In this document: positions 1 to 10,841 of the stretch, piece by piece | Position numbering within the stretch: the first letter of the stretch is position 1 | How the letters are laid out: each line of letters opens with the position of its first letter | Assembly: GCA_010405405.1 (NCBI GenBank) | Contig: MU004238.1 | Coordinates: forward strand, 2,057,530-2,121,529 | From: Microthyrium microscopicum | Taxonomy: Eukaryota | Length of the DNA: 64,000 nucleotides | Direction: 5' to 3' | Position numbers and translations under genes: made by a program | The notes under the pieces: generated by a model | What the model saw: only the letters and a program-made list of their open reading frames with translations | Database searches by the model: none | What the model was told of the DNA's origin: nothing

Positions 1-993
1 TCCGTTGTGAAAGACATGGCCAAAACAGTATTTCCTCGACTTAAAGGTGCGCCCAAGAGCTCCATCCTAGGCTCGGCCGTCTGCTTGGCCGCTGAGAATG
101 GGTACACACAAGTATTGGAAGTCATTTTTGATTCCATGGAATATATCAAATCCGATCTAGCTTCTGAGGCACCGCACAGAACCTCGCCTCGTTTGTCATC
201 GCAAAAGAAACATTTAGAGCAGCTAAAGGCGCCAGTTAGCTCCGTCATAACAATTGCTGCACTGATCGGCAACGCAAAACTAGCTCAGCAATTGCTGACA
301 GAGCGCTGGGATGTGATAGTCCCAGACCCCAAAGAAAGCGTGGAAGACACAATGGATATGCTGATAGGGTTTGCTACTCCAAACGTGGAACTCCATCGCT
401 GGATCGAAGATTTCCGAAAACTTGTATCGTACCCGGCTCGAAAGTTGGGCAAACTCGACCGTCAAAAAGTTGTAAACATGTATCAGCGAGATGCGCTCGA
501 AAGAAACTGGGTGGCCATGGCGCGATATCTTTTTGAAAACGATCCCGCATCTGCCTCACCGGACTATGGCATAGCGCAGATATGGCTCAATGCATGCAGA
601 GCTGGCCACAAAGATATGGTGAAGTTGATCACCCAGTACTGTCCTGTAAGTGGCCGCACACGACTCGCGAAGGACAGAACCATGCAAGGCATAGAGAGGG
701 CAGCAGCAGGCGGTCATCTCGACATTGTGCAAATGCTCGTTGAGAATACGAAGGACCTAGACCTCAACGAAGGAGACATACCACCGCTTCACCGCGCTTT
801 CGAGTTGGAGCATGTTCGAATGATTCGGTACCTCTTGGATCACGGAGCCAATTTTGAAGATCCAGTCAAAACGATTCAATTGGTTTCAAGGCTCAAGAGT
901 CAAGGCTTAACATCGATGTTGGACCTGTTGGCTGAAGAGGGAGTGGATATGGTTAATGTGAGTGGCTCCAGCGCAAACTGTCTCGCTGTCTGA
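1..993 (+). CDS. Ankyrin-repeat protein, 5'-truncated by window edge (paralog of next gene)
   Basis: ORF 7..993 has ankyrin-like motifs (AAENGYTQVLEVIF, ACRAGHKDMVKLI, AAAGGHLDIVQMLVE, PPLHRAFELEHVRMIRYLLDHGA). It is colinear with 2333..3553 and the frame is open to the window start. Confidence 0.8.
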   Translation, partial: SVVKDMAKTVFPRLKGAPKSSILGSAVCLAAENGYTQVLEVIFDSMEYIKSDLASEAPHRTSPRLSSQKKHLEQLKAPVSSVITIAALIGNAKLAQQLLTERWDVIVPDPKESVEDTMDMLIGFATPNVELHRWIEDFRKLVSYPARKLGKLDRQKVVNMYQRDALERNWVAMARYLFENDPASASPDYGIAQIWLNACRAGHKDMVKLITQYCPVSGRTRLAKDRTMQGIERAAAGGHLDIVQMLVENTKDLDLNEGDIPPLHRAFELEHVRMIRYLLDHGANFEDPVKTIQLVSRLKSQGLTSMLDLLAEEGVDMVNVSGSSANCLAV

Positions 994-1808
994 TTGATTG
1001 AGCGAGCTTCGTACAGCTTCTATGTACCGTATTTCGCTCTAGCGACATGATTTTGCTTGGAGCTGCCTTATCCTGTTACCTGTGTGTGAATGAAGTTTTC
1101 TCTCCTTAACAGCCTAGTTTACTCTTTGATCTAATCGGTGTATTAGCACCGTAGCTCCAGTCTACTTTGTTCATTGTTCATGAACACGACGAGGCCTAGA
1201 GACTCGCTGGCTCTGTTCAGCTGAGGGCATAATTAATATAGCTTATGTCATGGATGTCTTCTGACCGTATGTGTGTATTCACTGTTCAAGGTACGGACTT
1301 CGCGATCGCCCAGCTTTCAACTGTTTTGACACGAAATACAGAAACGGCAGTCAATTGCTAAAGAAAAGTAATTCGCGTGCTCCATTCGGGCCATGCTTTA
1401 CTAGGTATATATCAATGTCTTATTCTCCAAAGACGGGGTAAGCTTTTCACGCTATCACTAAAACCTGATGGAAAGAGAGATTCTGGTTTGTTTAGAAGCA
1501 AGTTATCGCATTTATATACCTCCCTAGGTAGTGGAAAAGCTTCAGTTATTGTATTTTCCCATTTCGCTGGTTGCAGCAGCTTGAGTCTTCTGGGTCGTTA
1601 CTTCCACAATCTTGTCTTGCACCTTCCTCCGAAGCCGCCATCCATAGACTCTTCCCCCATAGCTCTTGCCAACATAATCCGCCAGGAATAGCTCAGTGGC
1701 AAATGAGGTCCGCCTCACAGTCGAACCTTTTCACCAGACCACTGCACTTCATTCCGCATCAACATCAAAGCAGCTTTGGTATCCGCGTCTAATTCATTCC
1801 TCGCCATC

Positions 1809-3553
1809 ATGAGAAGTCTTCCGCCAACCAACATTGAGCGAAACTTGCTAGGCATGGAGTTTGAATACTTGCCAAACGAAGTCAAGGCCATGATATTCTC
1901 TGAGGCCGTTCATGCTCGCGACTTAAAGCGCGCCCTTAGGCTAATGCTCGTCTGCAGTAAATAGCTTACGGCTCCGAGCCAAATCTTGTTCAGAAGCTGA
2001 CTTTATAAAGAAAGTTGGTCACATGAGGTGCCAACAGCGATCATCAATAGCAATCTGCTCGACAATGTTTACATCTTCGACTGGGATGTCACACGAGGAA
2101 ACTTTAAGGCATATTTGGCAACGCAGTATCTTTGTCGTCTTGTTTCTGACCGACGTGTTACGCAAGGCCTCCCGAAAATCATGCGAGAGATCCTGGACAG
2201 AATTTGCGCGAAAGCTAACATCGACCTCGAAGATCAAGTAAGTAACTGTCTGAGCCCAAAAACTCACAGTTATTTTTTGCCTGCTACAATCTACGCTATG
2301 AATGTACTGGTTGGTAGTTGCCATGAACTAAAATGTTTCAGATCAAGCGACGTAGCTATATGGAAACACTGTGCAAATCTACTCTCCGGAGCCGCTGGTC
2401 GGGGGTTCAAGATATTCTGAAGTTCTACAACCGTGCTCAAGAGCTCACTGACGCCGATTGGAATTGCCACGTACTTGTTGCAGCCGCTCATTGCGGCCTG
2501 CGCTCCATTGTCAAAGAAATGACCAAGAAGGTTTTGCCGCTTTCCTACGGCCTTCCTCACAGTTCAGTTCTGGGGAACTTACTCTCGGTTCCGGCTGAGA
2601 AAGGATACATTGAAATCCTGGAAGTTGTCTTCGATAATGCCACAAAATTCCCGCAGATAATCACAGACTTTGAGGACTCAACACCAAGGGCTTCACGCCG
2701 CCTAAACCCAACTGCAACTGAGTACCAGTATGCCAACAGCGAAGAAGTTCAGTTAGCTGAGGCGGTGGAGAAGGCAGCTGGAGCCGGTGAGCTGCAGACA
2801 GTCAAACGATTATTAGTAGATCGTTGGATCCGAATTGCGCCCAGAAACAGAAGCCTGATGGACTGCCCCAACGAATTCAGGAACACTGCGATCTACAAAG
2901 CGTTTTTGACTCCTAGCTTGGAGCTCTTCCAGTGGGCTGAACAACTTCTGCATCGTCTGACTTCCTCAAAGCTAGCGACAGCCGGCCAGTACGTGCTGAG
3001 AAGGATTGTGAAGAACGCATTTTGCAAGAACTGGCCACAAATGCTACGATATCTGTTCGAGAATGTCATGGACCCAAGCCAATTTCGAGACCTACGAGAA
3101 TTGAGCTTTTGTGCGTGTATACAAGGTAATCTAGAGTTATTTCGGGTAATTGTTGACTACGGCGTTTTCAGCATCCCCGAATCAAAGTTTCCCTTACCGA
3201 AAGAGATTTGCATTCAAGATCGAAAGCGGGCTATCTACCTAGCAGCCAAGGGTGGCCACCTCGACATTGTTCGATTTCTTGTGGAGATGGGCTGGGAGAT
3301 GGATAATCGGCCACTTTGGGCAGCAGTTAGGCTGGAGCATGTTCGGATGATTCGATATCTTCAGGATCATGGGCTTAATTTCCACATCAGTCTCATGGGA
3401 ATACACCAGCTGGGAATGTTTCTCAAGAAGAACGGTTTGACATCAATGCTAGAGTTGTTGGCTGATGAGATTGTCTACGTGGAGGTTCCACAGCAGCGCG
3501 ATCTTTCCCCTTCTTTGTCAAGCATTGAATCGTCATCAAGCGACGGCGATTGA
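1809..3553 (+). CDS. F-box-like N-terminus + ankyrin-repeat protein (3 exons)
   Basis: ATG at 1809 or 1854. Introns 1957..2010 (GTAAAT..GCTGAC..AAG) and 2238..2341 (GTAAGT..CAG) join ORFs 1776, 2028 and 2333 in frame. N-terminal FEYLPNEVKAMIF...LRLMLVCKSW resembles an F-box; C-terminal AAKGGHLDIVRFLVE and RPLWAAVRLEHVRMIRYL are ankyrin-like. Confidence 0.78.
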
Positions 3554-3829
3554 TCGCTATTGATACTCCGCGATATGACATGCAATAGCGACATCCTCTA
3601 CTACTCAAATCACATTTCGATTCTAAACAGATCACGATGCGCCATCATGGATCGCCGAAACAGCAACAATACCAGCAGAGCTATAAAGGTGCATTTCAAC
3701 CTCAACCCGACTCATTAATCCTCCCATAATCGCACAAAAAAACATATCTCGTCATCCCAAGCTGAAGCGCCATGCAACCTTTAATCGGGAAACTGTCCAA
3801 ACCACCCATCCCGGAAACAAGTTCACGTA

Positions 3830-6561
3830 CTACTTGCTCATTCCACCATTGTGTTTCTGAATATCCTTCTTATCCAGCTTCATCACCTCCCGGTTCAGCA
3901 ACGCGCGTAGCTCAGGGCTAATCGTGCGCATGGGATCCATTGTCGTCAGTTGAGTACCTTGCTGGTCGCCAGTCTGTCTGCCTTTGCCTTTGTTCTTGCC
4001 CGTGGAATCGACGGCTTCGTCGGTTGCTGTTGGGGCTGAGGAATTGGCGGCTGCTACAGAGTCACTGCCGGATGTAGCGCCAGCAGCTTGATCAGCGGGT
4101 GTAGGGAGTAATGCAGGAGTAGCGCGTTGGTTGGGGCTTTGAGCGTCAGCAACAGATGGCTGGCGACGTTGACGGACTGAGCTAGGTGCTGGGAACGAAG
4201 ACTTGCGGTCCACGGCTTCGACTGTGCGTTGGAATCGGAGAAAGAGTGCTTCGGCTTTGACGAGGGTTTGCTCAAGATCAATTGTATTGGAGAGCTCGTT
4301 GACTGCACAGTGATTAGCATGCGTGATGAATAATAAGGCAATGGAATAGCTCACTGTATTTCAAGATCTCATCAAAATGTTGAAGATGCTCCATTATGAC
4401 AGCCCGATGTTTCTCAAGGATGGCCACGGCAATGAAGATATGGAAATTAGAGCTGAGCCAGTCGGTCCAAAGTACTTCCCAGAGGCGAAGGATATCCATC
4501 CATTCAAATTCGCGCTTGTACCAGACGAGCAACATCCGGAAGAAGAAGAAAAAGTTGGTCGAATCTGCGGATTGTAGATGTTTGTAGAGCTGAGGATCGA
4601 GAATTTGGACTAGATGGTCAAGAGTCAGGAGTTGCAATCGCATTCCAGATTGATCACGCAGGAAGTTTCGTTCCTAAGATTTGAATTAGCTTCGTAGTGA
4701 GCATTTAGGACTAATCAATACCATTCGCTCCATGAATTTCACAAAAGCCCAGAAGGCCATGGCGTCGTCTTGCATGACAGCGTAGATAGGAGCCAGTAAG
4801 TCGCTCATACCTTGAACATAACCAAGCTCGGTATTATACTCATTATAGGTCAGAAGCATATCTTTCAGTTGTTCAAGATGAACGTTGGTGCCGACATCTG
4901 CAAATGGAGAATCAGGATCCGGATGTGGAATGTCCTCTCCAGCAAAGAGAGGAATAGTACGATCTGTTCGGTGCACATCTTTTTCTATACAACGAACCCC
5001 ATAGAATAGGGGACAAGTCAGCCTGCTATGCCCAGCATAAACGAATGGACCCGAATTCGAAACACATACCTATTCTATTTTTCTGTTCTCGCCACCATTC
5101 AGATTGTTCTGGAGTCGAGCTGCCTTCAACCATTCGCTCCCACCACTTTCCTTTGAGGCGAATGTATTCGTCCCGCATACTGTTGGTGCTTGCTTGTCGT
5201 TCCTCTTTGGAACTATCCCATTCGTAGACTCCAAGGAGAAAAAGCCATGCTTCCTTTCGAACGCCGTCTTCAGGGTCGAGTCCGCCATGGAACACCTTGC
5301 TCTTGACCTCGTCCGAAGTGATTTGTAGACGCCCGGATTGAGAATCAAAAAAGCCATTCCACTCGTCAAGAGTGACTGGTTTCCGGCGCTCCGTTGCTGA
5401 TTTATCACCCTCCATTTCTAGAATTTCAAAATCGCCAACGCCAGTATTCTCCATTTCCAGGACATCTTTCGCACTCCACACTCTTTGATTGCGCTCTCGG
5501 TCACTTTGCTCAGATATTTGCATCGCCCATCGAGCAAGATAAATTCTAGCACTGTCATACTCATCTGCTACAGCCTGTACAGTTGGATTGCCCATCATGT
5601 TCCGAAGTTGAGGAGGCAGATTTTGATTTTGCGCTACAGCTTGAGCTGTCCGTCGGGTAAATGTCGTGATTTGGCTCATCTTCTCCAGGATATTCCACTT
5701 TGTCTCTTTTATTATTTTGGTAAAGGGGTCCATAGCGCCATCTTGGTTCTTTGAGTGCTCTTTGGCAGCCTGTTCTTTCTTCTTCTCAAACTCCATCTTG
5801 CCAAATCCTTTGCGGTCATCTTCAGTTGGCTCAACAAGATAGATGTTCGGATCAGCTCCGGCGCGTTCCACTTTGACATAGCGCTTCAGCCAACGAAGGA
5901 CCTCATCGCCTCCCCAGAACATCCCGCCGCCATGGAAAGGATCGAAGTGCTCTCGAGCAAGCTTTTTCCGCTGCAGCATGGTGCTTTGGCACTCATCATC
6001 GTGAAAGAATAATGCCGGAAAAGAGTCTCCAGCCCGGGTGTTGATGACTACACTGCCAAACCACCATCCAATGCTCGGAGGACGCACCAGCAAACTGTAT
6101 ATATTGCATACCGGTATGCTAAATGCGTATGCTCCAAGGCCAGTATTGCTGGCAGATGTGGTGATTGGTGGGGCGGGAACAAGAAAAGAGGTCTTGGGAG
6201 GCGAGGAAGTGTCTGAAAGATCTACTTTGACATAGGTATCGTATGAATCGCCAAGTGAGGATTCGGGTACCCAGGCGAGTAGAAGTTTGTTTGAGGCAAT
6301 GGTATCGGAGGAATGTGAGGATGTGGGACGCTCATCAATGGAGCCTGGCTCTGACTTTTGGTGGATCAAAGCGATGAAGCCGGGTATATTGTCTTTCGCG
6401 GCTGGAGTGGGATGCACGTAGACTTTGCTCTTGGTGAAGAGCAGCTTTACGCCTTTGCCAGATTTGGTGTGTCGAACGGTATTGTATTCCCCTTCTTCAT
6501 CATCAGACAAGGCATAGAAGGACGCGGTTGGCGAGGGAGGATCTGAATGGATCTCTTCCAT
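3830..6561 (-). CDS. GYP7: Rab GTPase-activating protein, TBC domain (Gyp7/TBC1D15-like)
   Basis: Four exons, introns 4985..5069, 4674..4721, 4303..4354. Spliced product contains IEKDVHRTDR, YVQGMSDLLAP, FFFFRMLLVWYKREF, and N-terminal KVYVHPT..KDNIPG typical of Gyp7. Confidence 0.95.
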
Positions 6562-7657
6562 TTTTGGTGATTTCGGAATGGGTTCACGAGATTTTGAGGG
6601 AATGAAGTAGGAGAAATAGATTAAGAAGTCATGGTAAGCTAGGTAAATAGAGGGAAATGGAAAGTTGTGGTGATCACAAGCTCAAACAACCAGATCATGG
6701 TCATGACGATGCAGGTGGTTTTGGAGGGGGAGGGGGCGAGTGAGACTCCAAGCCACGCAATTTGTGGCGTCACCTTCCAGGCAACAACTTTCCTTTCTCC
6801 CATCGAATGCGCTGGGAATCAACGCGTATTTTCTTTACAAAGTGCTAGGGTATATGCCAAACTCAATACTGATACAACAGTGTTCTCGCTTTTCAATGGT
6901 TGTCCATTGGCGAATGATAAAATGGAGTCTGGCGATGGGAACTAACTCAAGAATGAACACTTCAAACGATGTAATCCAGCGAGCAGATTCATTCGCGAGA
7001 TTCCATCAACGGCAATGACTACCATCGTCTCAACAAAATAACAAATCCTTTGGTCCCCACCGCATGCGATGGGGAACGCAGCACTTGATCACAACGCGTA
7101 TGCAGAAAGTGGTGAGAATTACCGTGTAAGCCTGCCATTCGCACACTAAAAGAACCTCTGAATCTGTCCTAGAATACTCTAAAGCAGGCACCTACTTGGT
7201 AGAGAAGCGCTTGTATATTCAAATATTGTAAAAGCTCGGGACATCGGAAAGCCTTGAACATGCGAAACCTGGAACTAAGAGTCTTGTGGATCTCCATTCT
7301 CAGTCAAATTGAAGTTCTGAGCGGCTGGTCACGAACAACTGCGATCGCTCACATCTCGCGTCGGCTGTCACAGCTCGACGGTTACACGGTTAGTAGAATA
7401 TTCCGAAAGCCTGCAGCCGCGTGCATCATATCTCTTTCTGAGGCCGTGGAAAAATATTTAACATTACACCAATGTATGTGCTTATCTTGTGCTTCTATAC
7501 CGCTCAAACATGCATGGCATTGAACTCCGACTCCACGCTCTGCACTATCGGGTACTTACATCTTTGTGCGAAGTAGACTTGAGATTGGAATATATAAGAA
7601 CGCTTGATCTTCACGCTCTGCAACAAATGGGCGTTCATCTCATACGCTGTTGTCATC

Positions 7658-9066
7658 ATGGCGTTTCCTTCCGTTCAGACTCTTCGCGAGCTTCAGAAAA
7701 CTCTGAATTCAACCATCGACTCCTATGTTCGTGCCGTTGAAGCAAATGATATCAAACAATCCATTGGCATCAGCACCAGAGCCTATGCTGCTGCTAGAGA
7801 TGTTACCGATGCATTTTGTGATCCTGGTATGGCGGTTCTGGGGGCTGGTCTCGAGGTAAGGCTTTCTTGTTGTACCTATATCTCATACATCAAATTGGAA
7901 GCTAGCTGCTAATATTCGCTATATTAGCCGATCATGAATCTTGCTTTACGCATCGCCATTGATCTAGATTTATTCATTCTCATTAACGAAAGCGTCTCAT
8001 TAGCGGAGCTCGTGAAGCAAACCAAGGCCGAGGACACTCTTTTGCGTGAGTTGGCCCCCACAATATTTCTGTGCAAATTGTTAATGTCGACTCAGACAGG
8101 ATTCTCCGAGTTCTCGTTGGAACCGGATGGATGGCTGAGCCGGAAATAAAAACATACAGTCTGACGAAACGAGGTGAATTCTTGAAGCTTGCTCCATGGC
8201 GTGACTGGATAAAGACATCGTAAGCAACGATTTTAGACGAAAAACATTACTATCCACCGAAGCTCATCATGTGTAGATTCGATAGCCTTGCTCCGGTATG
8301 GCTCGAAATTCCAGAATGGCTACGCAAGAATGGCTACAGAGACATCATAGATCTGAAGAACAACCCGTCCATGTCCATGTATGGTGTTAATTGGTTCGAC
8401 AATCTTGCAAAATACCCCAGCAGAGAAGCAGACTTTGCATCATCCATGAAGCTCAAAGACGAGTTTCCCCAGAATGCTCTTCCACAGTTCCCGTACGCCA
8501 GTGCAATTGAAAATTTCGAGTACGAGTTACAGCAAGGTGGCAGCGACGTCTTCTTGGTTGATGTTGGTGGCGGACGAGGACAATATCTCAACCAACTTCT
8601 TGAGCATTCCGACTTGCCCGAAAACGCCAGATTCGTCCTCCAAGATCTGTCCACTGTGGTTTCATCCGTGATACGATCAGCGGTCAAGTTCGAGCCAATG
8701 AGCCATGACTTTTTCAGTCCACAGCCTATCAAGGGCGCGAAATACTATCATTTGAGAGCCATTTTGCACAACTGGCCGGATGATGGCTGTTATCACATTC
8801 TGTCTCTCCTCAAGGATGCTTTGAAAGCCGGATACTCTCGACTACTAATCAACGCATACATCCTGCCAGAATTGCAAGTCCCGGCCATCCCATCAATGAT
8901 TGATGTCAACATGTGGCTTTACTGTGGAAAAGAGAGGACGGAAAATGAATGGCATGCACTCCTACGAAGGGCTGGTCTCAAAGTTTTGAGAATTGTCAGA
9001 GCTGAAGTTGGTCTGCACGGAATCATTGAGGCTGCTCTGGTTGATGAGATTAATTTTGGTACTTGA
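7658..9066 (+). CDS. SAM-dependent O-methyltransferase (Methyltransf_2, fungal secondary-metabolite type)
   Basis: ATG 7658; introns 7856..7927, 8046..8095, 8220..8276 give a continuous frame. Motifs LVDVGGGRG, LQDL, HDFFSPQPIKGAKYYHLRAILHNWPD, GKERTENEW. Confidence 0.9.
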
Positions 9067-9204
9067 AGTACTCAGTCAGTATTCATTGCTTCCAGTTCCA
9101 AGGCAATTTAGTTCATGCACTATATTGGGTAGGGCCATTTAACTCGAGTTTCATTCAAGGACGACTCAGTGACATCAAGACTGTATTCCGAGCATCTAAG
9201 CATT

Positions 9205-9618
9205 CTACTTCGCCAACTCCTCCGGTAGTTCTCCCTTTCTGTTCACCAACTCCTTCGCAACTTCAGGACCAAAGTCCTCCACACACGCGACCCTGCGAAT
9301 CTCAACACGCCCTTCTTTGAACGGGATCTTGTTTGCCCACTCAATCGCCTGCTCCAGATTATCCACCTCCCAGAACCAATAACCCGCAACCAAGTTGTTC
9401 AAACCAAATGGTCCATATTCTAGCTTGGACGGCTTGCTGTCGGTGAAGCTGATACGTGCGCCCTTGGATGAGTCGAGGAAGCCATCGGCATCAAGAAGGA
9501 TACCGGCTGCACGAAGCTGGTCATTGAAGATTCCCATCTCTTTCATATCTTCGATCTTGGGTGGTTTGCCAGTCTCGGCTTCGGCGGTGGCGCCGACGAG
9601 GATGGCGTATTTGGGCAT
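9205..9618 (-). CDS. YCII-related / DGPF-family protein (intronless)
   Basis: 137-aa ORF: MPKYAIL...MGIFNDQLRAAGILLDADG...SSKGARISF...YGPF...LVAGYW..EVDNLEQAIEWA..IP...VEIRRV. This matches the pattern of bacterial DGPF(AETKE)/YCII proteins. Confidence 0.8.
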   Translation of the reverse strand: MPKYAILVGATAEAETGKPPKIEDMKEMGIFNDQLRAAGILLDADGFLDSSKGARISFTDSKPSKLEYGPFGLNNLVAGYWFWEVDNLEQAIEWANKIPFKEGRVEIRRVACVEDFGPEVAKELVNRKGELPEELAK

Positions 9619-10841
9619 CGTAATCTACAGAGTAATTTGTAGGTTGGCTGCAGGTAGATGATTAGACGACTATGACATGTCCCCTGACGCTTAAGGCTTA
9701 TAGTAGTGCTTACTGGTATTAAAGAACAGAGTTTCTGGCTGAACGGGTGTTTGTGTTGCTTTTAGGATCAAGATTTCAGTGAGTGCCGCTTTTATGGTCT
9801 TTGAGCTCGTTCTGTCAGTGTTACACAGATTCAAGGCCGCAATGAGCCTGGAAGTGTTTATTGGCTTGCCAATATTTGTAATATACTCCCCTCACGAGTC
9901 ACTTCTGCCTTCTTCTTTGCGCGCGTAAACGGTGCTGGACGACCATTGGCATGCCCGGGGCGAATCGCGAAACCCATGCGGAATCACGTTTTGATATCGC
10001 ATCAAGGACCAAACTTCTTGGCGGTGCCTTTAGCCTATCAATGGGGCATAGAGACCATGAGCTTTCTTAGTTACGTACCTAAGTAGACCAAATCATCAAA
10101 AGACCTGGGGTAAAGTCCATTGGGCCTCTTCACGACCCAGAGATGCTACCTGATGCGCAAATGAAAAGACAGTGGCGTGATAGATATGCACGAGCGGGTT
10201 TCATGAGAGCTCTACTCAATGGTGGTAGATGGTCCTCTTTCGTCGCCTCTCGACCCTTGATATCGAAGCGCCAAGGTGGTTGGATTAAAACGAGCGCTAT
10301 ACCACCACTTCAGCTGATCTTTCGCAGTTTGAAATGTCATATCTTAGCCGATCGTAAACTGCGGCGTAGCGATCTGATTACTCTACTAAGTACTTCAATC
10401 GATTGCTGGCCGGAATACGGTCTGCTGGTCATATTAGATGCTTGTGCAATAGCATAGCTGCCAGGATTTTACGCGCGGTGACTCTCCATGTTTCTATTTG
10501 CCAGAGGAGTTCTCAATTACGTGTGCCGGACCCGACTGATATAATTAATTCAAGCGGTTACTGCGTCGTTAGGCATGCTCTCTCGTCCAGTGATTCTAGC
10601 CTCGTCGCACAAAATGGACACCACCCCTGAACAAACCGCTTGTAACCATTTTTGTTTCGATCCCCTGGAAAGATAACATTTCATTGAGTGTGGTGTTATT
10701 AGAGTGGCACATATCATGCAAGATGGATCAATGCTTGATAAGAGTTGTTTTCTCATTCTTTTCTCGGAGACAGAAGTACTGGCTTTTAAGGGACTCGGAT
10801 TTCTGCTACAGTAAAACTGATATTCTAACAAATTCTGAGCC

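Noticed and set aside
2028..2420. Apparent frameshift between overlapping ORFs 2028..2420 and 2333..3553
   Set aside because: Explained by a canonical intron 2238..2341 that joins them in frame.
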